A stretch of 64,000 nt of DNA from an uncultured Actinomycetes bacterium (GTDB lineage Bacteria; Actinomycetota; Thermoleophilia; RBG-16-64-13). The translations under genes and the position numbers were made by a program. Positions 28,517 through 37,416 of this stretch are shown here, in pieces (positions within the stretch are counted from its first letter, which is position 1; each line of letters opens with the position of its first letter). The stretch lies in the NCBI GenBank assembly GCA_947085635.1, contig CAMTXC010000005.1:16749-80748 (forward strand), written 5' to 3'. The notes beneath the pieces were generated by a model. The model did not search any database, was not told the origin of the DNA, and was given only the letters and a program-made list of their open reading frames with translations.

Positions 28517-29866
28517 ATGCGCATGAACGCTGACGAACAGTCGTGGTCCCAACTGTCGCCGGATGAGAAACTCGAACTACGCTGGAAGGCGTTCGTCGAG
28601 GCTCCCATCGATTTCGTCAGCCCGGAGGCCGAAGCGGCCTACCGTTCGAGGGCTACGCGTCTGAAGAAGGCCATTCTTCTCCAAGGCACGCCGGACCGAG
28701 TCCCTGTGACGCCGCTGACACACTACTATCCCGGACGGAGCCAGGGCCTGACGCCATACGACGCCATGCACGACTACCAGCGGGCGGCGGATGCCTGGCT
28801 CCAATCGAACCTCGACCTCCAGCCCGACGCCATGATGGGGCCACTCTTCTCAGCCATCCCGGCCCGGGCCTACGAAATCCTCGATGTCAAGATCATGAGT
28901 TGGCCGGGGCACGGGGCCCCCATGGAAGGGGGCTTCCAGTACAACGAGGCCGAGTGGATGCGCGCAGACGAATACGATCTGCTCATGGACGACCCGACGG
29001 ACTTCTTCCTTCACGTCTACATGCCCCGTGTCGCCACTGGGTTGGAAGGGCTGGCCGGTCTGGTCTCTCCGCAGGACATGATCGAGATAGTCACTGGGCC
29101 TGCCTATTGGATGCGCTGGGCCAGTCCCGAGGTGCTGGAGACTCTCGAGAAGCTCGCGGCGGCCGGGCGCGAGGCCCAAGCGTGGGGAGCCGCTATGTTC
29201 CCGATGCTCGGCCGTTTGGTAGCCGAAGGGTTCCCGGGCCCGACCGGGGCCATGTCCAAAGCCCCGTTCGACATCCTGAGCGACACCCTGCGCGGCACTC
29301 GCGGCCTCATAATGGACATGTTCAATCAGCCGGATACCGTGCTCGAAGCCTGCGACCGACTCGTTCCCTTCGCCGTCAAGTGGGTGACCAGAAGGGCGAC
29401 TCCCCAGAGTCCTCCGCTGGTCTTCATCCCTCTCCACAAGGGAGCCGACGGGTTCATGAGCGACGAGCAGTTCAAGACGTTCTACTGGCCGAGTCTGCGC
29501 AAGGTGATGCTGGGGCTCATCGAGGACGGCTTTGTGCCCTGTCCATTCGCCGAGGGCGGCTACAACGACCGGCTCGAGGCTATCCGCGACCTGCCGCCAG
29601 GCCGGACTGCCTGGCACTTCGACCGCACCGACATGCGTCGGGCCAAGGAGGCCATGGGCGGCATAGCCTGCATCGAAGGCAATGTGCCTCCTTCACTGCT
29701 CAACTTGGGCACCCCCGAGCAGGTGACGGCCTACTGTCGTGATCTGATCGAGGCGGTTGCCCCGGGAGGCGGCTTCATCCTCGATGGCGGCTCCGTGATC
29801 GACGAGGCCAAGGTCGAGAACATGCAGGCGATGGTTCAGGCGGCTCAGGACTACGGCGTCTACTAG
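28517..29866 (+). CDS. Uroporphyrinogen-decarboxylase (URO-D) family protein, probable corrinoid-dependent methyltransferase
   Basis: N-terminal KKAILLQGTPDRVPV and C-terminal GNVPPSLLNLGTPEQV...GGGFILDGGSVI...ENMQAMV are typical of MtaA/URO-D-like methyltransferases. Lies directly downstream of the corrinoid protein. Alternative ATG at 28523. Confidence 0.7.
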   Translation: MRMNADEQSWSQLSPDEKLELRWKAFVEAPIDFVSPEAEAAYRSRATRLKKAILLQGTPDRVPVTPLTHYYPGRSQGLTPYDAMHDYQRAADAWLQSNLDLQPDAMMGPLFSAIPARAYEILDVKIMSWPGHGAPMEGGFQYNEAEWMRADEYDLLMDDPTDFFLHVYMPRVATGLEGLAGLVSPQDMIEIVTGPAYWMRWASPEVLETLEKLAAAGREAQAWGAAMFPMLGRLVAEGFPGPTGAMSKAPFDILSDTLRGTRGLIMDMFNQPDTVLEACDRLVPFAVKWVTRRATPQSPPLVFIPLHKGADGFMSDEQFKTFYWPSLRKVMLGLIEDGFVPCPFAEGGYNDRLEAIRDLPPGRTAWHFDRTDMRRAKEAMGGIACIEGNVPPSLLNLGTPEQVTAYCRDLIEAVAPGGGFILDGGSVIDEAKVENMQAMVQAAQDYGVY

Positions 29867-29898
29867 CCGGCTCGAGCAGGTAGAGTAACCTGACGAGT

Positions 29899-29935
29899 GG
29901 GGCCGTGAGGTCGGAACATCCGCCCTCACGGCCCC
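29899..29935. terminator. GC-rich hairpin between convergent genes
   Basis: GGGGCCGTGAGG / CCTCACGGCCCC, a 12-bp stem with a 13-nt loop. No clear U-tract. Confidence 0.45.
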
Positions 29936-29989
29936 GACTGTGCGCGGAACTCTCTCCAGCGGACCGGAGGCACCGGCGGGGTCGCCGGG

Positions 29990-30756
29990 TCAAGCCAGCT
30001 GGAAACCGCCGTCCACGTAGAAGGAAGCACCGGTGCAGAAGCTGCTCTCGTCGCACGCGAGGAAGAGCACGAGGTCGGCGACCTCCTCCGGCGTACCGTA
30101 GCGCTTCATCAGCGACGAGGCCGCCAGGTCGGCGGCGCCCTTGGCGGGGTCGTCCGGCGAGAAGGTCCGCTCCAGCTGGTGGATCATGGGGGTCTCGATC
30201 ACACCCGGGAGCACGGCGTTCACGCGGATACCGGCGGGAGCGTACTCCACGGCGGCCGTGCGCATCATGCCCACCACCGCGTGTTTCGTCGCCGAGTACG
30301 CCACGTTCCCCGGCTTGCCGCCCGTGCCCCCTGCCGATGAGATCAGGATGACGCTCCCCCCACCGCGTTCCACCATCAACGGCAACCCGTACTTCAGGGT
30401 GTAGAACACCGCGGTGAGGTTGACGTCGATCACGCGCTTGAAGACGTCGATGGGGTATAGCCCGCGATGTCCGACACGGTTCCCCAGATACCGGCGTTCG
30501 GGAACAGCACGTCGATACCGCCGTACAGCTCCACGGCCGCCGCCAAGGCGGCCTGCACCTGTTCGGGGTCGGTGACGTCGGCCGCGAACCCGCTCACCCG
30601 GGGGCCGGCCGCGGCGGCGACCTCATCGAGCGCCGCTCGATGGAGGTCGACGGCGAGCACGCACGCCCCCTGCTCCGCGAATCGCGTGGTGGTCGCCAGG
30701 CCAAGGCCGGATGCCGCACCCGTTATGACGGCCACTTTATCTTTGAGGCGTCCCAT
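29990..30756 (-). pseudogene. Classical SDR oxidoreductase split by a 1-nt frameshift
   Basis: The N-terminal part (TGAASGLGLA, NAGI) ends ...DIAGYTPSTSSSA*. The next frame continues IDVFKRVIDVNLTAVF...SSAGG...YSATKHAV...PG. The shift maps to the G4 run at 30452-30455. Confidence 0.8.
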
Positions 30757-30785
30757 GCGTTACCCCCCTGTTCCGTTTGCCGGTG

Positions 30786-31148
30786 TTAACGCCGGAACCC
30801 GTTCTCCAACAGGAAATACCTGGGCGAGAGACCGGCCAGCGGCTCTTTCAACTTGGCCAGCTCCGCTTCGGGCCCGCAGATCTCGAAACGGACGATGTCG
30901 CAGTACTGCATGAGCTCGTCCAGCAGGGGCTTGAGGTGGCCGGCGTGGAACAGGAGCCCGTCGGCGTCGGCGTATCCCTCGCGGCAGTAGGCCTCGTCGC
31001 CGTCGAAGCTGAAGCCGTAGTACAGACATCCGGACTCGGAGCTGGTTTCGGCCACCATCCGTTCGCATACGGCCTTGAACTCGTCGAGCTTGCCCTCGCG
31101 GGCCTTGAAATAAGGTTGGATCGAACAGCACGTGTCTTCGGTCGCCAT
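30786..31148 (-). CDS. ABM (antibiotic-biosynthesis-monooxygenase-like, ferredoxin-fold) domain protein
   Basis: FKAREGKLDEF...ESGCLYYGFS...REGYADADGLLFH pattern. ATG 31148 is preceded by GAGGAGAGGG. Confidence 0.6.
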   Translation of the reverse strand: MATEDTCCSIQPYFKAREGKLDEFKAVCERMVAETSSESGCLYYGFSFDGDEAYCREGYADADGLLFHAGHLKPLLDELMQYCDIVRFEICGPEAELAKLKEPLAGLSPRYFLLENGFRR

Positions 31149-31234
31149 GTCCCTCTCCTCGATATAGATCCCCGTTGGCGAATCTTCTCGCACTTGTGCC
31201 TGTAACGGAAGTCTGCAGAGTCCCTTTTTGCAGG

Positions 31235-31244
31235 CAGACGTCTG
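31235..31244. promoter_or_regulatory. Perfect palindrome CAGACGTCTG between the ABM gene and mftA
   Basis: Same 10-mer as at 18695-18704. Lies 22 nt upstream of the putative mftA -35. Confidence 0.4.
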
Positions 31245-31265
31245 AAGTTAGGTCCGGGGCCGCGG

Positions 31266-31294
31266 TTGACGCCGTGGGGGCCGGTTGTTATGGT
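31266..31294 (+). promoter_or_regulatory. Candidate mftA promoter
   Basis: TTGACG (31266-31271), 17-nt spacer, TATGGT (31289-31294). Confidence 0.35.
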
Positions 31295-31453
31295 GCTGGA
31301 GCCGTCCGCGCCCCCCTGGGGGTGGCAGTCCCGGCGGGGGACCTCACGACGGCCGCGGCACACCGCCGCCCGGAGTAAAACACAGTCCGTCGAGGCCGGT
31401 CCGTGATCGGCTAGGGTACACTCTCCTTACGCGACCAATTGGGAGGACCTGCG

Positions 31454-31573
31454 ATGACACCGAATGAAGGCGAACTCCATTCAGACGACCTTGCGGCCGA
31501 CGTCGACCCCGAGGTCATCGACGAGATAGAAGTGGAGGACCTGGCGGTCGACGGCATCTGCGGCGTCTACTAG
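31454..31573 (+). CDS. mftA: Mycofactocin precursor peptide
   Basis: 39-aa ORF below the track cutoff: MTPNEGELHSDDLAADVDPEVIDEIEVEDLAVDGICGVY*. It has an acidic leader and the hallmark C-terminal (I/V)DG(M/I)CGVY. GGGAGGA lies 7 nt upstream and mftB follows immediately. Confidence 0.9.
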   Translation: MTPNEGELHSDDLAADVDPEVIDEIEVEDLAVDGICGVY

Positions 31574-31599
31574 CGGCGCGTGAGCGCCCGAGGTCGGGG

Positions 31600-31848
31600 A
31601 TGAAGACCTATCACCTGTCTCCCTGGGCCCGTGCGCGGCAGGAACAGTTCGGGCTCCTCTTCTACGATACCCGCAGCACCACCATGACGTTCGTGCGTTC
31701 GGGCGCGTGCCTCGTCGCCCCCCCGTTCGAAGATCGAGCCCGCCCGCTGCGGATCGTGTCGGGCTCGCGGGCCGAGGAGCTGCGCGTGACCCGCGTGCTC
31801 GAGCATCTCGAGGCCAAAGGACTCGTCGTTGCCACAGAGTCTCACTAG
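31600..31848 (+). CDS. mftB: Mycofactocin biosynthesis chaperone (PqqD-like RRE)
   Basis: 82 aa. HLSPWARARQEQFGLLFYDTRS pattern, positioned between mftA and the radical SAM gene. Confidence 0.85.
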   Translation: MKTYHLSPWARARQEQFGLLFYDTRSTTMTFVRSGACLVAPPFEDRARPLRIVSGSRAEELRVTRVLEHLEAKGLVVATESH

Positions 31849-32857
31849 CGCGCGCCTGCGGGCGCCCGTAAACGTCACCTGGGAGATCACGGATCGTTGC
31901 AACCTCGGGTGCCGGCACTGCCTGTCGGCCGACCTGCGCCGGGGGAGCCGGGGCGAGCTCGATCGGGCGCGGTGCGAAGCTCTGATCGACGAGCTGGCGG
32001 CGATGCAGGTGTTCCAGATCAACTTCGGTGGCGGTGAGCCCTTCCTCAGGCCGGACTTCTTGGATATCCTCCGCTACGCCCAGGCGAAGGGCATCGTCAC
32101 CTGCGTGAGCACCAACGGTACCCTGCTCACCCCGGCCCTGGCGGACGAGCTTGTGGGCCTGGAACTGCTCTTCCTGCAGGTGAGCCTGGACGGAGCCCGC
32201 CCGGAGACGAACGACGCCATCCGCGGCGCGGGTACCTTCGAGCGCATCATAGAGGGCGTCTCCCTGCTCGCGCGGCGATCTTTCCCCGACCTGAGCCTCA
32301 ACATGGTAGTGACCAGCACGAACTTCCATGAGATCGGGGATTTTCACCTCCTCGCCGGCCGGTACGGAGCGCGCACCCGGCTCTCCCGCTTCCGGCCTTC
32401 CGGCGACGGTTCGCGCATGTGGGAGCAGTACCGCCTGAGCCGCGAGCAACTGGCGTGGCTCTCTGAGTTCCTTGGCGAGCACGCGGAGATCCTCACCGGC
32501 GACTCCTTCTTCTCGCTCACGAACGCGGATCGCAGGAATCAGGGTCTGCGGAGCTGCGGTGCCGCCCGGATGACCTGTGCCGTAGGGCCCGACGGCAGCG
32601 TGTTCCCCTGTGCGTTCCTGTGCGAGCCCGCGTTCTTGGCCGGCAACGTGGCGGATGACTCATTGGCCTCTATCTTCGAGCACGCTCCGATCATGGAGGT
32701 GCTACGAGAGCTCGAGGTCGAGCCGTGCCAGACGTGTGACAGGTTCTCCCTCTGCAACGGCGGATGTCCCGCGGTGGCGTACTTCGTCACCGAGTCGCTG
32801 GGGCTCCCCGACCCCGAGTGTCTGCGCGTGGCGATCCCACGCACCGAGGTGGCGTGA
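31829..32857 (+). CDS. mftC: Mycofactocin radical SAM/SPASM maturase
   Basis: CNLGCRHC radical SAM cluster and a C-terminal SPASM Cys set (CGAARMTCAV...FPCAF...CQTC...CNGGC). TTG start is uncertain. Confidence 0.9.
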   Translation: MPQSLTSARLRAPVNVTWEITDRCNLGCRHCLSADLRRGSRGELDRARCEALIDELAAMQVFQINFGGGEPFLRPDFLDILRYAQAKGIVTCVSTNGTLLTPALADELVGLELLFLQVSLDGARPETNDAIRGAGTFERIIEGVSLLARRSFPDLSLNMVVTSTNFHEIGDFHLLAGRYGARTRLSRFRPSGDGSRMWEQYRLSREQLAWLSEFLGEHAEILTGDSFFSLTNADRRNQGLRSCGAARMTCAVGPDGSVFPCAFLCEPAFLAGNVADDSLASIFEHAPIMEVLRELEVEPCQTCDRFSLCNGGCPAVAYFVTESLGLPDPECLRVAIPRTEVA

Positions 32858-34806
32858 TGCAGTTCCCCCTTCTGTTCTCGCCGCTGCGGATCGGCCGGGC
32901 TGAGGTGCCCAACCGCATCTCGTTCTCGGCGCACCTCACCAACCTGGCGGAGCACGGACTACCCACCGAGCGGCTCACCCACTACCTCGCCGCCCGGGCG
33001 CGCGGCGGCGCGGGCCTCATCATCACCGAGGAGCAGTCGGTGCACCCCACCGACCGGGCCTACGAGCACCTCATAGAGGCCTTCCGCCCCGAGGTGGTGA
33101 CCGGGTACCGGCGGCTGACGCGCGCCGTCCACGAGTTCGACACACGCATCTTCGCCCAGCTGAACCACAACGGGCAGCAGTGCGCTGGCCATCTCTCCCG
33201 ACTGCCCGTGTGGGCGCCCTCACCCATCCCCGATGTCCTCTACCGGGAAGTTCCCAAGGCCATGGAGCTCGAGGACATCGCCGAGGTGATCGAGTACTTC
33301 CGTCGCTCGGCGGTACACGTCCGGGAGGGGGGGTTCGACGGCGTGGAGCTGCAGTTCGGGCACAGCTCCTTGGCGAGGCAGTTCATGTCGCCCCTCACGA
33401 ATTACCGTGGCGACGAGTACGGCGGCGACGCCGAGAAGCGGCTCCGCTTCCCGCTGGAGCTGGTTGCGGCCGTTCGTGAGGCTCTGGGCGCCGACTATAC
33501 CCTCGGGGTGCGTCTGTGCGCGGACGAGCTGATCCCGGGGGGGCTGACCTTGGACGACGCCAAGGACATCGCCCGGCGGATGGAAGCCACCGGGCACCTG
33601 GACTTCATCAACCTCACGCTCTCGACCTTCTACAACCTATACCTGGTGGGTGGGACCATGCACCTGCCTCTCGGGTACACGGTACCCCTGGCTGCCGGTG
33701 TCAAAGAGGCGGTCTCTCTTCCCGTGTTCGCCACGGGTCGCATCAACGACCCGGTATCGGCCGAGCGGGTACTGGCCGATGGGCAGGCCGACATGATCGG
33801 GGTGGTGCGGGGGCAGATCGCCGATCCCGACTTCGCCCGCAAGGCTCGGGACGGCCGCACGGACGACATCCGCTACTGCATCGCCTGTAACCAGAACTGC
33901 TACGGGCGGGTGGGGCTCAATCGTTCCATCGGCTGCGTGCAGAACCCGGCGGTCGGCGCCGAGGCGACCGAAGGTGAGCTGTGGCTCAAGCCCACCAGGA
34001 ACCGGAAGCGCGTGCTGGTGGTGGGGGGCGGGCCCGCGGGCATGTGGGCGGCGAAGACCGCCGCGCTGCGAGGCCACGACGTCACCCTGTACGACGAGGG
34101 CGACCAGCTGGGCGGTCAGGTGCTGATCGCGGCCAAGGGCGGCGGTCGCGACGAGTTCGGGGTGATCGTGCGCAATGAGCGCAAGCAGCTGGAGCGACTG
34201 GGCGTGCCCGTGGTCCTCGGCACCCAGGTGACCCCGAAGCTGGTGGTGGAGCTGAAGCCCGATGCCGTCATCGTGGCTACGGGGTCCCGGCCCAAAGCGT
34301 GCCCCGTCGCCGGCGGCGACGGACCCGACGTGGTGAACGTCTGGCAGGTGCTGAACGACGAGGCGGAGCTGGGAGAGCGGATCGTCCTGATCGACTACGA
34401 CGGCCACCACCAGGCGACGGCGACCGCGGAGACGCTCGCCGACCGTGGCAAGAAGGTGCACGTAGTGACCTCGAGTCTGTTCGTGGGCGCGGAGCTGGGG
34501 CCGTCGCAGGATCTGTACCTCTCACGCCAGCGTCTCCTGCAGAAGGGAGTGACGTTCACCCCCGACTTCGCCGTGATGGAGATCAAAGGCACCGAGATCC
34601 ACGGGTTCAACGTGTACTCGAACGAATGGGACGTTATCGGCCCCTTCGACACTGTGGTGACGGCCATGGGCAACGACGCCGACGACGCCCTGTATTTCGC
34701 CCTGAAAGGGTCGGTCGCGGAGCTCTACCGGGTGGGGGACTGCGTCGCGCCCCGTAAGGTAGACATGGCCATCCTCGAGGGGTACGCGGCCGGCAAGCGG
34801 GTATGA
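32857..34806 (+). CDS. OYE-like FMN / 4Fe-4S / FAD flavoprotein (2,4-dienoyl-CoA reductase / trimethylamine dehydrogenase family)
   Basis: N-terminal old-yellow-enzyme TIM barrel (NRISFSAH..., GGAGLIITEE, FDGVELQFGHS). Cluster motif CIACNQNCYGR...IGC. Then VLVVGGGPAGMWAA and a second nucleotide-binding domain. ATGA overlap with mftC. Confidence 0.85.
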   Translation: MQFPLLFSPLRIGRAEVPNRISFSAHLTNLAEHGLPTERLTHYLAARARGGAGLIITEEQSVHPTDRAYEHLIEAFRPEVVTGYRRLTRAVHEFDTRIFAQLNHNGQQCAGHLSRLPVWAPSPIPDVLYREVPKAMELEDIAEVIEYFRRSAVHVREGGFDGVELQFGHSSLARQFMSPLTNYRGDEYGGDAEKRLRFPLELVAAVREALGADYTLGVRLCADELIPGGLTLDDAKDIARRMEATGHLDFINLTLSTFYNLYLVGGTMHLPLGYTVPLAAGVKEAVSLPVFATGRINDPVSAERVLADGQADMIGVVRGQIADPDFARKARDGRTDDIRYCIACNQNCYGRVGLNRSIGCVQNPAVGAEATEGELWLKPTRNRKRVLVVGGGPAGMWAAKTAALRGHDVTLYDEGDQLGGQVLIAAKGGGRDEFGVIVRNERKQLERLGVPVVLGTQVTPKLVVELKPDAVIVATGSRPKACPVAGGDGPDVVNVWQVLNDEAELGERIVLIDYDGHHQATATAETLADRGKKVHVVTSSLFVGAELGPSQDLYLSRQRLLQKGVTFTPDFAVMEIKGTEIHGFNVYSNEWDVIGPFDTVVTAMGNDADDALYFALKGSVAELYRVGDCVAPRKVDMAILEGYAAGKRV

Positions 34807-35849
34807 GCCGAGGCGCGGATGTCCTGGTGGTGCTCGTGTCCGAAGTCGAGGGCCGAGACGGTGCCGTCGCGGCGCTCCAAGCCGAGGCCGGGCGCATCGC
34901 CCGGGCGCTCGGCGGCAGGCTGACGGCCGTGGAGATAGCGCGTGCCGCCGGCCCCGATGTCGAGGCGTCGGTGGAGGTCCTCGCTGCCCATGTGCGTGCG
35001 CTTCACCCGCGCGTGGTCCTCATGCTCGACGGCGACCTGAGCCGTGAGCTCGCTCCGCGTCTGGCTCTGGCATCCGGCAGCTCCGCCATAGTGGGCTGCA
35101 CCGGCGTCGCCGCCGGGGGTGGCACTACCGTTTACTCCAAGCCGGTTTACGGCGGATGGCTCGAGCAGGAGCTCTCCTACGCAGATGGCTCGCTGGAGGT
35201 CGCCACCCTGGTCGGGGGCGCCCTCTCCCCGGCGCCGGCCGTGCTCCAGGCCACGGCGCCCGCCGGGGTGCCGGACGCGGCGCCGGCCGTGCTCCAGGCC
35301 ACGGCGCCCGCCGGGGTGACGGACGCGGCGCCCGCCGGGGTGACGGACGAGCCTGCCGTTCGCCGCCTTGAGCTCGTGCCCCCCGACTACCGGACCGTCG
35401 ACATAGTGCACGCCAGGCGGATAGTGGCGGCCGGCATGGGCGTCTCCGCCGTCGCACCCGCGCCTGCCGGCCCCGCGCCCGTCGCCGGGGCTGTCGTGGA
35501 GCCGGTCGCCGACGACGAGCTGATGGACTACGTGCAGGAGCTCGCCGAGCTCCTGGAGGGTTCGGTCGCCGCCACCCGCCCCGTGGTGGACGAGGGGCGT
35601 CTGCCCAAGGAGCGGCTTGTCGGGCAGACAGGCAAGACGGTGGCGCCGGAGCTGTATCTGGCACTGGGGATCTCTGGGTCTCCGCACCACCTGGCTGGGA
35701 TCCAGGGAGCCGGGACCATCATCGCCGTCGACCGGGACCCGGCGGCCCCTATCTTCCAGTTCGCGGACGCCGGCTACGTTGCCGATCTCAGCGAGATCCT
35801 GCCCGCGCTCATCCGGAGGATCAAGGAGTGGCGAGATGGCAGGGGCTGA
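34803..35849 (+). CDS. fixB: Electron transfer flavoprotein alpha-subunit-like (FixB)
   Basis: C-terminal FAD domain VGQTGKTVAPELYLALGISGSPHHLAGI...IIAVDRDPAAPIF. Confidence 0.85.
   Translation: MSRGADVLVVLVSEVEGRDGAVAALQAEAGRIARALGGRLTAVEIARAAGPDVEASVEVLAAHVRALHPRVVLMLDGDLSRELAPRLALASGSSAIVGCTGVAAGGGTTVYSKPVYGGWLEQELSYADGSLEVATLVGGALSPAPAVLQATAPAGVPDAAPAVLQATAPAGVTDAAPAGVTDEPAVRRLELVPPDYRTVDIVHARRIVAAGMGVSAVAPAPAGPAPVAGAVVEPVADDELMDYVQELAELLEGSVAATRPVVDEGRLPKERLVGQTGKTVAPELYLALGISGSPHHLAGIQGAGTIIAVDRDPAAPIFQFADAGYVADLSEILPALIRRIKEWRDGRG
35232..35351 (+). repeat. In-frame 48-nt tandem duplication (2.5 copies) in the FixB interdomain linker
   Basis: Units at 35232-35279 and 35280-35327 differ at one position. 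A 24-nt partial third copy follows. Encodes APAVLQATAPAGV(P/T)D twice, then AAPAGVTDE. Confidence 0.85.
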
Positions 35850-37137
35850 GTTCGACGCCATCGTCGTCGGCGCCGGCCCGGCCGGTTCGACGGCCGCCCT
35901 GACGCTGGCGCAGCAGGGCGTCAGGACATTGCTCCTGGAGCGGGGAGAGCAGCCTGGCTCCAAGAACATGTTCGGTGGCACCCTCGCTTGGTGTCCCGCG
36001 CCGGAGGAGCTTATCCCAGAATTCTGGGAGCAGGCTCCCTGGGAGCGGGAGGTGGTCAAGCGGGTGTTGACGGTGGTGGCCGAGAGTTCGGCCACATCCG
36101 TGGTGTTCCGGTCCGACGACGTCGGCAGGCCGTTCCGGGGCCGCGTCACTCTCTTCCGTCCCATCTTTGATCGCTGGCTGGCCGAGCAGGCCGAGTCCGC
36201 TGGAGCCACCCTGGTGTGCGGCTGTATGGTCGACGGCTTGGTCGTCCGGGGTGGCGTGGTGCGCGGAGTCCGGGTGGCCCGACCGGAAGGCGTTCTGGAG
36301 GCGCCTCTGGTGGTGGCGGGCGATGGGGCGCTCTCCTTCCTTGCCAGAGAGGCGGGTCTGCACGGGGGCGTGCGCGCCGAGCAGATGGCGGTGGGTGTAC
36401 GGGCCCTCTACTCGCTGGACGAAGAGGACATCGACAAGCGCTTCGGCCTCGTGCGTGGGCAAGGGGCGACGAACGAGTTCCTGGGCGGGACGGAAGGCGT
36501 GCGCGGTGGGGGCTTCATCTACACGCAGACGGACAGCCTCTCGGTGGGGCTGGTGCTCCATCTCGACTCGCTCAAGGCCCGCGGGCTCGCCCCCTACGAC
36601 CTCCTGGAGAGGTTCGTGAGCTCGGCGCACGTGGCTCCGCTTCTGCGAGGAGCCCGGTTGGTGGAGTACTCCGCCCATCTTGTGCCCGAAGCGGGTCTCT
36701 CCATAGTGCCGCGTCTCTCCGCGGGAGGGTTCATGGTGACCGGAGACGCCGGTGGTCTCTGCTACACGAACGGCCTGACCATGGAAGGCATGAACCTGGC
36801 GATCACCTCGGGTCACACGGCCGGCCTCGTCGGCGCCGAGGCGCTCGCGGCCGGGGACGTGTCGGCGCATCGCCTTCGGGCCTACGACGACCGCCTGCGG
36901 GAAAGCTTCGTGTTCCGGGACATGAAGACCTACGACCGGGCGATCAAGCTCCTGCGGCGTGACCGCCTGTTCTCCGACTATCCCGAAGTCGTGAGCGCGG
37001 TGATGGAGCGGCTCTACGCGTCCGACGGGAGACCCAAACGGAAGATCAGCGCGATCGCGCGCGAGGCCCTCCGTGGCCGTGTTCCGCTGCGCGACGTGGC
37101 GGCCGATCTGATCAGCATAGGGAGGTCGTACCTGTGA
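35836..37137 (+). CDS. fixC: FAD-dependent ETF:quinone-oxidoreductase-like protein
   Basis: FDAIVVGAGPAGSTAALTLAQQGVRTLLLERGEQPGSKNMFGG closely parallels the FixC N-terminus. Track ORF trimmed to ATG 35836. Confidence 0.85.
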   Translation: MAGAEFDAIVVGAGPAGSTAALTLAQQGVRTLLLERGEQPGSKNMFGGTLAWCPAPEELIPEFWEQAPWEREVVKRVLTVVAESSATSVVFRSDDVGRPFRGRVTLFRPIFDRWLAEQAESAGATLVCGCMVDGLVVRGGVVRGVRVARPEGVLEAPLVVAGDGALSFLAREAGLHGGVRAEQMAVGVRALYSLDEEDIDKRFGLVRGQGATNEFLGGTEGVRGGGFIYTQTDSLSVGLVLHLDSLKARGLAPYDLLERFVSSAHVAPLLRGARLVEYSAHLVPEAGLSIVPRLSAGGFMVTGDAGGLCYTNGLTMEGMNLAITSGHTAGLVGAEALAAGDVSAHRLRAYDDRLRESFVFRDMKTYDRAIKLLRRDRLFSDYPEVVSAVMERLYASDGRPKRKISAIAREALRGRVPLRDVAADLISIGRSYL

Positions 37138-37409
37138 ATCTCGACGACATCTTCGATCTCGTGAGCTATCGGATCCACCCCGATGCCCACATCGTCGTGG
37201 ACCATACCACCTGCTTATCCTGTCTCCATCGCGCGTGCACGTTCGCGTGCCCGGCACGCTGCTATGAATGGAACGAGGGACGCGGACGGGTGGATTTTGC
37301 GTATGAGTCGTGCCTGGAGTGCGGCACCTGTCTTCTGGTGTGCGATCGGGGAGCCCTTGAGTGGAGCTACCCGGTGGGAGGCTACGGTGTGCGGTTCCGG
37401 GCGACGTGA
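37134..37409 (+). CDS. fixX: Ferredoxin-like protein FixX
   Basis: HIVVD...C..ACPARCYEW...FAYESCLECGTC...EWSYPVGGYGVRFR is the FixX signature. GTG overlaps the fixC stop. Confidence 0.85.
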   Translation: MNLDDIFDLVSYRIHPDAHIVVDHTTCLSCLHRACTFACPARCYEWNEGRGRVDFAYESCLECGTCLLVCDRGALEWSYPVGGYGVRFRAT

Positions 37410-37416
37410 GTGGATC

